64,000 bases of DNA from NCBI GenBank assembly GCA_963675755.2, contig CAXXMD010000002.1:928001-992000 (forward strand), written 5' to 3'. This document shows positions 51,079-60,579 of the stretch, piece by piece. This DNA is from a bacterium. Its GTDB lineage: Bacteria > Zhuqueibacterota > Zhuqueibacteria > Residuimicrobiales > Krinioviventaceae. The position numbers and the translations under genes are program-made. Position 1 is the first letter of the stretch; every line of letters begins with the position of its first letter. Under the pieces are notes generated by a model. That model ran no database searches. It was not told where the DNA came from and worked only from the letters and a program-made list of their open reading frames with translations.

Positions 51079-52710
51079 TTAAAAGCCAATAGCCGCGCCA
51101 TCCCGACGGATATCGGCAACTCCTTGAAATCCATTATTATTTTGCAACAACATTACAGCCTGAATACAACCAAGATAAAAAGAATAATCTTCACGCATAT
51201 CAATACGGAATCCTTTATCTTTTAAAAATTGGATCACTTTTTCTGAAATTCGTGATCCTTCAAGGCTCACTCTTCCACCGAGTGAACAATGTAATCTTGG
51301 CGCTTTCATAGCCTCGTCAATGGACAAGTTTTCATCAATAATACGAGATAAAAACAAAGCCAATGTAGAAATAATCCGCTCACTTCCCGGGCTTCCCAGT
51401 GACATCCACAATTCTTCATCATGAAACAACAAAGAAGGGCTCACTGTAGCCCAGGGCACCCCATTGGGGCGTAAATAATACGGATGTTCCGGATAATCAT
51501 ATTCATAATCAAATAAATAGTTGTTATAGAGAAATCCCAGTCCCTGTGCAGCAGCTTTACTTCCATAAACACGTTCAATGGATTGGGTAAGGCTTACCGC
51601 ATTACCGGCCTTGTCGATTACGGATAAATGAGTAGTATCTCCATGCAATTCATCCCGAGAAGGTATAAATGGTAAAATTGCTTTGTCAAAATCTTTAATT
51701 ATCTCCATAACACATTCACGTGCAAATAAAGGATCCAGCATATCTGCATTGTCTGCAATTTGTGGAAAAAAATTGGGATCAAATGGCCGGTCAGATCTTT
51801 CCAATAATGATTTTCGCATCAATTGTGCAAACAGATAATATCTGGTCACATCATCTTTGTATAAAATTTCTTTGGGAACCCAATCCAGCATCATCAAGGT
51901 AAACAATAATGTTCTACCGGATCCTGGCGGTGGCATTGTATAGATTTGCACATCTCTGAACGAACGCACAAGCGGCTCACGTTCAATGGGAAAGGGAATT
52001 AATGCCAGATCATCATAACGTAGCAATCCTCCATTCTCTCTCATATCCGCGTCTATCTGCTTGGCAATACTACCTCTGTAAAAGCTTTCAATTCCAGTTT
52101 CTGCAATCTCTTTTAACAGTCGTGCAAGATCTTTTTGTTTAAATATATCACCAGCGTTGTAAAGGGAGCCATCGTTATAAAAGTATGATAAACCGCTCTT
52201 TGAAATGACCTGTTCAAATTTATCCTTTTCTCTCTCCAACAAACTATGTTGCAGAGGAGTAACAGGGAAACCGCTTTCCGCATAATGGACAGCATTTTCC
52301 AATATTTGCGCCCAATCCAGGGATCCATATTTTTCATGTACATACCACAATGTTGCAAGCGTACTTGGGATAGTTGTAGCCCGGTAGCCCAAAGACTTGT
52401 CATACTCATAAATAGAACTGGAATGTGCAAGTGAAGGAGCCCGAGATGAACCATCAATGGCAAGTACTTTACCATCAATACGCAATAGCATCATGGTCTG
52501 GCCACCCAATCCGCTTGCCTGGGGTTCAGTTACAGATAAAACAAACGCTGCTGCAACTGCCGCATCAACTGCATTGCCTCCCTCCTTCAAAATCTGGCTG
52601 CCAGCTTTTGAAGCTTGAATTGATTGAGTGGCAATCATACCATTTTCTGCAAAGGAACATTTGGAATCAGATGTCTCCCGAAAACGGGATTCTATTTGTT
52701 TTATATCCAT
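51079..52710 (-). CDS. Gamma-glutamyltransferase family protein (cytoplasmic, no signal peptide)
   Basis: GGNAVDAAVA, EPQASGLGG, PPPGSG, nucleophile TTHLSVID, APRLH, ADIRRDG. Confidence 0.9.
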   Translation of the reverse strand: MDIKQIESRFRETSDSKCSFAENGMIATQSIQASKAGSQILKEGGNAVDAAVAAAFVLSVTEPQASGLGGQTMMLLRIDGKVLAIDGSSRAPSLAHSSSIYEYDKSLGYRATTIPSTLATLWYVHEKYGSLDWAQILENAVHYAESGFPVTPLQHSLLEREKDKFEQVISKSGLSYFYNDGSLYNAGDIFKQKDLARLLKEIAETGIESFYRGSIAKQIDADMRENGGLLRYDDLALIPFPIEREPLVRSFRDVQIYTMPPPGSGRTLLFTLMMLDWVPKEILYKDDVTRYYLFAQLMRKSLLERSDRPFDPNFFPQIADNADMLDPLFARECVMEIIKDFDKAILPFIPSRDELHGDTTHLSVIDKAGNAVSLTQSIERVYGSKAAAQGLGFLYNNYLFDYEYDYPEHPYYLRPNGVPWATVSPSLLFHDEELWMSLGSPGSERIISTLALFLSRIIDENLSIDEAMKAPRLHCSLGGRVSLEGSRISEKVIQFLKDKGFRIDMREDYSFYLGCIQAVMLLQNNNGFQGVADIRRDGAAIGF

Positions 52711-52722
52711 ACCTGTTGCCGA

Positions 52723-54876
52723 TTAATTTGATGACAATTCATACAAACACATTGCCAGTAATACGGTTCTTTCAAACAGGCTGTGCTTTAAAATATACTC
52801 TGATTTATGTGTAGGTTTAACACCAGCTGGACCTAGTCCGTCTATCATCGATTTACCGGAATCTACAAAGCAAATATCCGCGGAACTCCATCTATGCTCT
52901 TTTAGCATTCGAATATCCAGATCACTTGAAATAGATTTTATTATATTCCATAACGCTTCAACCTGAGGAGTTTGCATCATAGGCGGACGACGTTCTCCAC
53001 CCTCAAGTTGGAAATAAAAATCCTTTTTATATTTAGTGGGGATTAATTTCTTGATCTGTTCATCTGTCTTAACAAACTGTTCATGATTTTGAAATCGAAC
53101 ACTCAGAGTTACCTGCCCGTGGCTGTATGGCTCTGTAATATTGGTTTCAAAACTCATATGATGAGGAGCAATCACAAGCCCCTCGTCAGGTCGCGAAAGC
53201 TCGGTCCATTTTTGTACTAAACGGGTAAATACACGTGTTGCCTGAACAACTTTGTCAGTTGAATCTGTATGTTTCAAATTCATATGGCAAGAATATACAG
53301 CTGCACCAGACCTTGATGTTACAACTCCACCATTCAAAAATGCACCGTGAATTCCTAAAACATTCATAGCTTGTTGAGATTTTTCCATAACAAGCTTTCT
53401 GGCAAACCGTCCTTGCAGAGAATCATCACTGGTAAGCAGAATACCAATTTTCAGGTTTCGCAACTTTCTAACAAAACGCAAGGCTTGTAATGCACCTATC
53501 ATTACAGCCAGGCCTCCTTTATGTTCCCAGATTCCTGTACCAAAAAGTTTGTGCTCAGTTGCATGAAAAAATTGTTGTCCTGCTAAAGCAGTAGCATTAT
53601 CCAAATTTCCCAGTAATAAAACATCATAATTATCATGTTCCGTATTACTGAAAAACAAACAATTCCCAACTTCTATATGGGATATTGTTTGCTGTTTAAA
53701 ACCCAATTGTAATAAAGATTTGGCTGTTATTTGCCCTAACGAGTTTACGCCCTCAACATTACGAACAAAAGAATTGGTATTGATCATTTGTTTTAACAGG
53801 GTTTCAAGTTGAGTTTGCCGAGAGCGTACAAATCCCATAACGCGTACAGGTACGGGGATTTTCTTTTTTGTAATATTACCGTTGTTGGTAATTTGTGATG
53901 TTGCAAAGTATCTGACTGTTGCTACATCCAACATTTTATTAACCAAAGCACTAAAATCATAACCTGCTACATTGGCAGCATGCACATATGAACCCGACAT
54001 ACCAAGACTGGCCATGGAATTTATTTCAAGCAAATAAATATTGTTATTTTGATCTAATCGGATATCAACTCTTGAAAAATCACGAAGATGCAGAGATTGG
54101 AAAGCTTTTCTACTAAGGGATTGCATTTCGTGGGCAAGCTCGGGATCAATATCTGCCGGACAAATTTTATTTTTGGGACGCCGGAGCTTGTCTTCTGCCA
54201 GTTGTATTGCATCAGGATCATTATCCAGATCTATTTCAAGAACCGGAAAAGTTTCTACAGGATTGTTTCCCAACAGGCCTACTGCAAATTCCCTTCCCCG
54301 TATAAATTGTTCAACAAGAGCCTGCTGCTGAAATTCTTCGAGGATAAATGATACTGCTTCTCTTAAATCATCTTCATTATCCACAACTTTGAGACCAAAA
54401 GAAACCGATTCCATCTTGGGCTTGACAATAACCGGATATATAACATCTGACATGTCTTCTTCTGGAGACGAATATACCCAAAAATTGGGGGTTGGAAGTC
54501 CGTGCTTTTGCATAATGATCTTGGTAATAACTTTGTCCAAGGCAAGCGCATGTCCTGAAGGACTTGAACCTACATATGGAATTCCAAGCATTTCCAACAT
54601 TGACGGTATATGTGTATAACGACTTTCGCCTTGAATTCCATACGCCATATTAAAGACCATGCCCATTCTTTCCCCTTCAACAACTTTGGGCATAAATTCT
54701 TGAATTGCTTCTACTACATGCATATTTCCATCTATAATGCAGACATTATGTCCCCCAGCTTCAAGGCATGAAGCAACTTTTTTAACAACCTTTTGGTTAT
54801 ACACTTCTTTATTTTGCATACCAAAGGTATTAATAACCCCGCTTAAATCTTTGTTATAAACCAGTGCTACTTTCAA
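52723..54876 (-). CDS. Ddl-like ATP-grasp ligase fused to an M20 (carboxypeptidase G2-like) domain
   Basis: GIPYVGS, LDK, VIVKP, EQFIRGRE, RVD and LEIN in aa 1-325; M20 fold motifs (KGGLA, ERRPPM, DGLGP) downstream; TTG start after AGGAG. Confidence 0.85.
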   Translation of the reverse strand: MKVALVYNKDLSGVINTFGMQNKEVYNQKVVKKVASCLEAGGHNVCIIDGNMHVVEAIQEFMPKVVEGERMGMVFNMAYGIQGESRYTHIPSMLEMLGIPYVGSSPSGHALALDKVITKIIMQKHGLPTPNFWVYSSPEEDMSDVIYPVIVKPKMESVSFGLKVVDNEDDLREAVSFILEEFQQQALVEQFIRGREFAVGLLGNNPVETFPVLEIDLDNDPDAIQLAEDKLRRPKNKICPADIDPELAHEMQSLSRKAFQSLHLRDFSRVDIRLDQNNNIYLLEINSMASLGMSGSYVHAANVAGYDFSALVNKMLDVATVRYFATSQITNNGNITKKKIPVPVRVMGFVRSRQTQLETLLKQMINTNSFVRNVEGVNSLGQITAKSLLQLGFKQQTISHIEVGNCLFFSNTEHDNYDVLLLGNLDNATALAGQQFFHATEHKLFGTGIWEHKGGLAVMIGALQALRFVRKLRNLKIGILLTSDDSLQGRFARKLVMEKSQQAMNVLGIHGAFLNGGVVTSRSGAAVYSCHMNLKHTDSTDKVVQATRVFTRLVQKWTELSRPDEGLVIAPHHMSFETNITEPYSHGQVTLSVRFQNHEQFVKTDEQIKKLIPTKYKKDFYFQLEGGERRPPMMQTPQVEALWNIIKSISSDLDIRMLKEHRWSSADICFVDSGKSMIDGLGPAGVKPTHKSEYILKHSLFERTVLLAMCLYELSSN

Positions 54877-54961
54877 AATATCTCCTGTTAAAAAGCACAG
54901 AATTTAAACAAAAAATTCTATAATAAAAACTGAAAAGAACCTTTATTAAATATAATATTAA

Positions 54962-55519
54962 TCAAGCTGTTAAATGCTCAATCAGAATTTTAACACCAAT
55001 AATAATTAATATCAAACCACCTAAAAACTCTATACGGCTGCCAAACAAACAGCCACAGGCTTTACCCAGATATACACCCAATATGGATAAAACAAAAGTT
55101 ACGGAACCAATTATTATAACAGAGGGAAACAATGGGATATTCACAAAAGCAAAACTAAAACCAACCGCTAAAGCATCTATACTTGTGGCAATGGCAAGCC
55201 CGAATAGTAACCTGGTATTAAAAGGATTTCTGGGGCGTTCAGTTGGAGGCTCAAAAGATTCTTTGATCATTTTTAAGCCTATAACAAGTAACATTAAAAA
55301 TGCTACCCAATGATCATATTTTTCAATATAATCAGCAATATGAATACCTGCAGCCCATCCAAGAATCGGCATTCCCGCTTGAAATATACCAAAAAACAAA
55401 GCAAGTTTTAAAGCGTTGCTGACTTTGATCTTTCCTGATTGTAAACCGCTGCTAAGCGAAACTGCAAAAGCATCCATTGCCAGACCAAAAGCGGTTCCAA
55501 AAATAATAACCAGATTCAA
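54962..55519 (-). CDS. mntP: Manganese efflux pump MntP family
   Basis: LAMDAFAVS, FGIFQAGMP, YDHW, AIATSIDALAVG; probable TTG start at 55519 after GAGG. Confidence 0.9.
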   Translation of the reverse strand: MNLVIIFGTAFGLAMDAFAVSLSSGLQSGKIKVSNALKLALFFGIFQAGMPILGWAAGIHIADYIEKYDHWVAFLMLLVIGLKMIKESFEPPTERPRNPFNTRLLFGLAIATSIDALAVGFSFAFVNIPLFPSVIIIGSVTFVLSILGVYLGKACGCLFGSRIEFLGGLILIIIGVKILIEHLTA

Positions 55520-55669
55520 TAAAAACCTCAAATAACGAATACATCACTTGATGTATATAACATAAATGATGCCAAAATTTTTATATCAATTTTAATAATA
55601 TACAAATTAATTGTAAAATATTCAAATACTTGTACATCAAGAAACAATAGAAAATTGATCCAAAATCAA

Positions 55670-56884
55670 TCAAGGTAGCTGGTAAATTTCTTCATTTTTA
55701 TCTATACAAATCATTGCCTGAATTAATGCATTTGTATTTTCAATGGTTATAGGATTACCAGATCTATAATTACGCATACGGCAACCGGTAAGACTAATTG
55801 TAAGTTTTTGATCTCCTCGAACTAACATAAAATCCTGTGATATATCAAGCGTTGTTAATGCAGCATTCCCGCCCGAAAAAGCCTCAACATTCGAGATCGA
55901 TGTATGGCCTTGGCCCTCAATTATAAACGGATGGATATCTGTAATCGCTTTACCGGTATTGGCTATAATAGAACCCTGTGCAATCTGCCAATTTCGATTT
56001 TTTGTATTATCTCCCAGCTTTTGTATGCCTACAGTAACACAATCAAAGTTGAAATTTGTTAATTGACCATATGTAGATGCGCCAAGAAAAGCACCGCCAA
56101 AAGTACCAAAAGTAAACACATCAATCATTTGAGCGTTATCAGTATGATCTATTGCATATGCAAAAGTATTATTAGCCACAACAGCATCAATTACTGAAAC
56201 AGAATATTGACCATCGATGAACCTTCGATTTGCAGGATTTATATGGCAATGCAGTAACCGGGGAATGTCATAGCAATAATTAATACGGATAAATTCTCCA
56301 CTGAGAGGGTAGCCATAACAATGTTCAAATAAAATCTGTTCACAAGGATTTTGGTGTGATGCGTTAAAATCCATAGCTATATATTCACCATAAAAGGTAA
56401 GACATGAAAGTGTAACTCCTTGTGCAGGGACAGATTGTGAGACCTGTATTGTTGGAGGATACGCTATAATTTTTTCAGGTTCACTCAATGTTTGTTCAGG
56501 ATACCAGAATTGAATACCCCGAATTTGTGTAGCAGATTCTACAGTAATAAAAACCTTATCACGGTCTGTTATACTAAATACACTTCCTACTGGTTGCTGC
56601 TTGTCCGGATGACGGGTTCCCCTGCCAACAGGTCCGTGAACTCCAATCAAAGAAACATTTTTACGTAAAATAATCCCCCCTTCAATGGGATAAGGATTTT
56701 CACATGGCTCAACATATAAAGCCGCACCGGTAGTTGTTGCCCAATCTATGGCTTTTTGCAGATTGATTTTATTTTCTCTGGCAGAATTTTCAGGGAGTAC
56801 ATTAAATTCCTGAATACTTTTTGCATGTATACTAGCAAACATAACAAACATGAAAATAAAAATATTTACTTGAAATCGTTTCAT
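55670..56884 (-). CDS. Secreted right-handed beta-helix (pectate-lyase-fold) protein of unknown function
   Basis: Signal peptide; NLQKAID...LYV...NVSLIG start typical of beta-helix glycan enzymes. Confidence 0.65.
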   Translation of the reverse strand: MKRFQVNIFIFMFVMFASIHAKSIQEFNVLPENSARENKINLQKAIDWATTTGAALYVEPCENPYPIEGGIILRKNVSLIGVHGPVGRGTRHPDKQQPVGSVFSITDRDKVFITVESATQIRGIQFWYPEQTLSEPEKIIAYPPTIQVSQSVPAQGVTLSCLTFYGEYIAMDFNASHQNPCEQILFEHCYGYPLSGEFIRINYCYDIPRLLHCHINPANRRFIDGQYSVSVIDAVVANNTFAYAIDHTDNAQMIDVFTFGTFGGAFLGASTYGQLTNFNFDCVTVGIQKLGDNTKNRNWQIAQGSIIANTGKAITDIHPFIIEGQGHTSISNVEAFSGGNAALTTLDISQDFMLVRGDQKLTISLTGCRMRNYRSGNPITIENTNALIQAMICIDKNEEIYQLP

Positions 56885-57081
56885 AAAATAATCCTTTCCC
56901 TTGATTTAGATTTAATTTAAATAAAAAATTGTATTTTGCAAGAATCAATACATGTTTATATTTTCAAGCGATAAATGACTCTATCTTGATAGATATCTTG
57001 AAAATACCTATTTTTACCTTGCGAATTGTTTAAAAATTTTTAATATACAATAACAATCAATCATAAACCATGGAGAGCAGG

Positions 57082-57774
57082 ATGAAGCGTATATTTTTGT
57101 ATGCTGCAATTTTAATCGCAAGTTTATTTGTTCTGGTATCATGTCAACAAAAAGCTGCCGAGCAGCTTGAATCACAAACCATTCAATTATTTAATGGTCA
57201 AAATCTGGACGGATGGTATACAAATTTAAAAGAAAAAGGATTGAAAAACGATCCTGAAGGTATTTTCACAGTTGTTGATGGTATGATCCGTATTCAGGGA
57301 AGTGAATTTGGTTATATCTGTACTGAAAAAGAATACGAAAACTATAAAGTGACCATTGAATACAAATGGGGCGATGAAAAATTCACTCCCGATGAAAAAC
57401 CACACAATAGCGGTTTGTTATACAATTTTAGTGCTGACAGTACAGATAAAGTATGGCCGTATTGTTACGAATGTCAGTTAATGACCGGCAGTGTTGGTGA
57501 TTTTATTTTAATGGGTCCCCCAATTGTTGTTAATGGTGAACAAGGATCGTATCCTGATAACCGTAAATTTGTAAAATCAGAAAACGCAGAAAAACCTATT
57601 GGAGAATGGAACACTGTACAGGTTATTGCTGAGGGAAATACTGCAACCCATATCGTAAATGGTGTCAAAGTCAATTACGGCACTGAGGCAGCTTCCTCAA
57701 AAGGTAAAATCTTGATACAATCTGAAGGCGCTGAATTGTTTGTACGTAAAGTTGAATTGGAATTGTTGAAATAA
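57082..57774 (+). CDS. DUF1080 / 3-keto-disaccharide hydrolase family lipoprotein
   Basis: Lipobox LVSC; LFNGQNLDGW, NSGL, YECQL, GEWN, VNG, IQSEG. Confidence 0.88.
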   Translation: MKRIFLYAAILIASLFVLVSCQQKAAEQLESQTIQLFNGQNLDGWYTNLKEKGLKNDPEGIFTVVDGMIRIQGSEFGYICTEKEYENYKVTIEYKWGDEKFTPDEKPHNSGLLYNFSADSTDKVWPYCYECQLMTGSVGDFILMGPPIVVNGEQGSYPDNRKFVKSENAEKPIGEWNTVQVIAEGNTATHIVNGVKVNYGTEAASSKGKILIQSEGAELFVRKVELELLK

Positions 57775-57782
57775 ATTTATAC

Positions 57783-57814
57783 TCCTGAATTCCGAAATAT
57801 TTCGGAATTCAGGA
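57783..57814. repeat. Perfect 32-bp palindrome (terminator or REP-like hairpin)
   Basis: TCCTGAATTCCGAAATATTTCGGAATTCAGGA equals its own reverse complement. Confidence 0.7.
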
Positions 57815-57854
57815 TCTCCTCCCCCTCTTATTTTCCCCAAATACAAAAATGTAC

Positions 57855-57883
57855 TTGATTATAATAGACGATTGGTCTATATT
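57855..57883 (+). promoter_or_regulatory. Promoter with an embedded TetR-family operator
   Basis: TTGATT-17-TATATT with the dyad ATAGAC-N5-GTCTAT (57864-57880) inside. Confidence 0.7.
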
Positions 57884-57906
57884 CCTTAAAAACGCAAAGG
57901 GTGTGA

Positions 57907-58485
57907 ATGAAAAAAAACACTAAAAGCCGTATTCTGGAAAAAGGTTCTGAAATTATCAAATTAAAGGGGTTTCATCATACAGGGATACAGGAAATCCTGA
58001 ACGCTGCGGGTATTCCCAAAGGATCATTCTATTTCTATTTCAAAAATAAGGAAGAATTTGGGCTAGAATTGGTTGAATACTTTTCAAAGGATTTTATTAC
58101 TCAGGCTGATCATTTTCTGACCCAAAAAGACGGAACCTATATAGATCGTCTACATCAATTCTTTAATCATTATTATGAAAAATATAGATCCATCAATTAT
58201 GTTGGTGGCTGCCCCATTGGTAACCTTGCACAGGAAATGGGTGATACAAACATCCGGTTTAGAGTGAAACTGAACGATATAATGAACCAGATGAAAGATA
58301 AAATTGAACTTTTTTTACAACACGCGCAACAGGATAAAGAGATCAGCGCGGATATAAATATCACAAAGATGTCTGAATTTATATTCAATAGTTGGCAGGG
58401 AACGCTTCTTCGCTCAAAAATTACAAAGAACAAAGAACCTTTGCAGTTTTTCGATGAAATTGTATTTAATACCTTGTTAAAATAA
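57907..58485 (+). CDS. TetR/AcrR-family regulator (NemR/LmrA-like)
   Basis: GFHHTGIQEIL..AGIPKGSFYFYFKNKEE, GCPIGNLAQE, WQG. Confidence 0.92.
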   Translation: MKKNTKSRILEKGSEIIKLKGFHHTGIQEILNAAGIPKGSFYFYFKNKEEFGLELVEYFSKDFITQADHFLTQKDGTYIDRLHQFFNHYYEKYRSINYVGGCPIGNLAQEMGDTNIRFRVKLNDIMNQMKDKIELFLQHAQQDKEISADINITKMSEFIFNSWQGTLLRSKITKNKEPLQFFDEIVFNTLLK

Positions 58486-58509
58486 TTCAAGCATAAAAGG
58501 GGAACACTC

Positions 58510-60465
58510 ATGAAGTTATGTAAAACCAATTTATTATTATTAATCATTTTGTTGGTTTCAATTCTACCTGTACATGCTCAAGAAATCGATCGCAGAGAAG
58601 TTGGAAATCTGGTTATTGAGGGTATTCCTGAAATTCCGGATTATGTTAAAGAAAGAATGCTGCAATACCAAAATGTCAGATCCGCAGCAGTTAGAGATTG
58701 GTTAAATGACGGTAACGGCTTGTTAATCTCGACACGTTTTGGTGAAACCAATCAACTGCACAAGATCATGAAACCCGGTGGAGCGCGTCAGCAAATCACC
58801 TTTTTTGACGAACCTATCAGCGGTGCAAAAATGCAACCGGGTGTCGACAAAAATGCTCTTGTTTTTGGCAAAGATATTGGCGGCAGCGAATTCTACCAAC
58901 TATTTTACTTTGATATGGTAACCGGAAAAAACAAAATGTTGACCGATGGTAAATCCAGAAACGGTATGGCATTGTGGAGTAACAAAGGTGATCAATTTGC
59001 ATTTGCAAGTACAATGCGAAATGGTAAAGACTATGACATTTACACAATGGACCCGTTAACCAATGAATCTACAAAATGTATCCTTGAAAAAGGTGGCGTA
59101 TGGTTTCCTGTTGACTGGTCAAAAGATGATTCTCAACTTTTGGTATTAAACTATATATCCATAAATGAATCATATTACTATATTCTCAACATAGAGTCGG
59201 GAAATCTTGAACAAATAAATCCTTCCAAAGAACAAATTTCTTATGGCAGTGCCGAATGGAGCAAAATCAGTAATGGAATTTATATTACAAGTGATAAAGA
59301 AAGTGAATTTACACGATTATGGTATTACGATATAGCTAAAAAAACATTAACAAACCTGACCAAAGATATCAATTGGGATATTGAAGGGTTTAAAATCTCT
59401 CCCAATGGAGAACTGTTAGCATTTGTAAGCAATGAAGATGGTAATTCTAAACTTTATCTACTGGACACGAAAACACAAAAATACAAATCGGTTCCCGGAA
59501 TTCCTCCTTGTGGTATGGGAGGTTTGATTTTTGATCCTTCCGGGAAACGACTAGCCTTAACTCTAAATACTGCACAAACGCCATCTGATGTATTTGTAAT
59601 GGATGTTGAAACGCTTGAACTGGAACAGTGGACATTCAGTGAAGTTGGAGGCCTCAACACAGATACATTTATCAAACCTGAACTGATACATTATCCAACT
59701 TTTGACAAAGTTGATGGTAAACAACGTGAAATCCCTGCATTTTTCTACAAACCAGAAAACGCAACCGGTCCCCTGCCTGTAGTGATCTATATCCACGGCG
59801 GACCTGAAAGTCAATATACCCCCTATTTCTCTTCAACGTTTCAATATTGGATCAATGAACTGGGAGTAGCCATTATAGCACCTAATGTTCGGGGTTCAGC
59901 CGGTTATGGTAAATCCTATTTGAAACTGGATAATGGGTTTAACCGTGAAAAATCCGTACAGGATATTGGAAGCCTGCTTGATTGGATCGAAAAACAACCC
60001 GAACTGGATGCCTCACGCATAGCGGTTTATGGGGGTTCCTATGGCGGTTATATGGTGTTGGCATCCATGTTTCATTTCAACGACAGGTTAAAATGTGGTG
60101 TTGATGTAGTAGGCATAAGCAACTTTGTGACGTTTCTAAAAAACACACAGGAATACAGACGCGATCTGCGAAGAGCAGAATATGGTGATGAAAGAGATGA
60201 AAAAATGCATGATTATCTGGAAAGCATATCTCCTACAAATCACGTTGAAAAAATTCAAAAGCCCTTGTTGGTTGTTCAAGGCTTTAATGATCCGCGTGTG
60301 CCGGTTACCGAATCAGAACAAATGGTTGAAAAAATCAGAGCGAATGGCGGCACAGTTTGGTATTTGATGGCCAAAGACGAGGGTCATGGATTCAAGAAAA
60401 AAACAAACAGTGACTATTATAGAAATTCGGTTATTTTATTTTTAGAAGAATTTTTATTAAAATAA
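58510..60465 (+). CDS. Secreted S9 (prolyl oligopeptidase family) peptidase
   Basis: Signal peptide, beta-propeller region, HGGPE, and triad motifs GGSYGG, NDPRVP, DEGHGF. Confidence 0.92.
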   Translation: MKLCKTNLLLLIILLVSILPVHAQEIDRREVGNLVIEGIPEIPDYVKERMLQYQNVRSAAVRDWLNDGNGLLISTRFGETNQLHKIMKPGGARQQITFFDEPISGAKMQPGVDKNALVFGKDIGGSEFYQLFYFDMVTGKNKMLTDGKSRNGMALWSNKGDQFAFASTMRNGKDYDIYTMDPLTNESTKCILEKGGVWFPVDWSKDDSQLLVLNYISINESYYYILNIESGNLEQINPSKEQISYGSAEWSKISNGIYITSDKESEFTRLWYYDIAKKTLTNLTKDINWDIEGFKISPNGELLAFVSNEDGNSKLYLLDTKTQKYKSVPGIPPCGMGGLIFDPSGKRLALTLNTAQTPSDVFVMDVETLELEQWTFSEVGGLNTDTFIKPELIHYPTFDKVDGKQREIPAFFYKPENATGPLPVVIYIHGGPESQYTPYFSSTFQYWINELGVAIIAPNVRGSAGYGKSYLKLDNGFNREKSVQDIGSLLDWIEKQPELDASRIAVYGGSYGGYMVLASMFHFNDRLKCGVDVVGISNFVTFLKNTQEYRRDLRRAEYGDERDEKMHDYLESISPTNHVEKIQKPLLVVQGFNDPRVPVTESEQMVEKIRANGGTVWYLMAKDEGHGFKKKTNSDYYRNSVILFLEEFLLK

Positions 60466-60579
60466 GATAATGAATGTGTTAGACATTCGTCAAATCTCAC
60501 TTTTTGTACAAAAATATGGAATTCCTGAACATGAATTTTGTTGTAATATGCTTACACAAGAACATTCAGGAGATTTGTA

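Noticed and set aside
52723-54876. Calling the ATP-grasp protein ddl or a van resistance ligase
   Set aside because: It lacks the D-Ala subsite and omega-loop motifs, and there is no mur or van gene context
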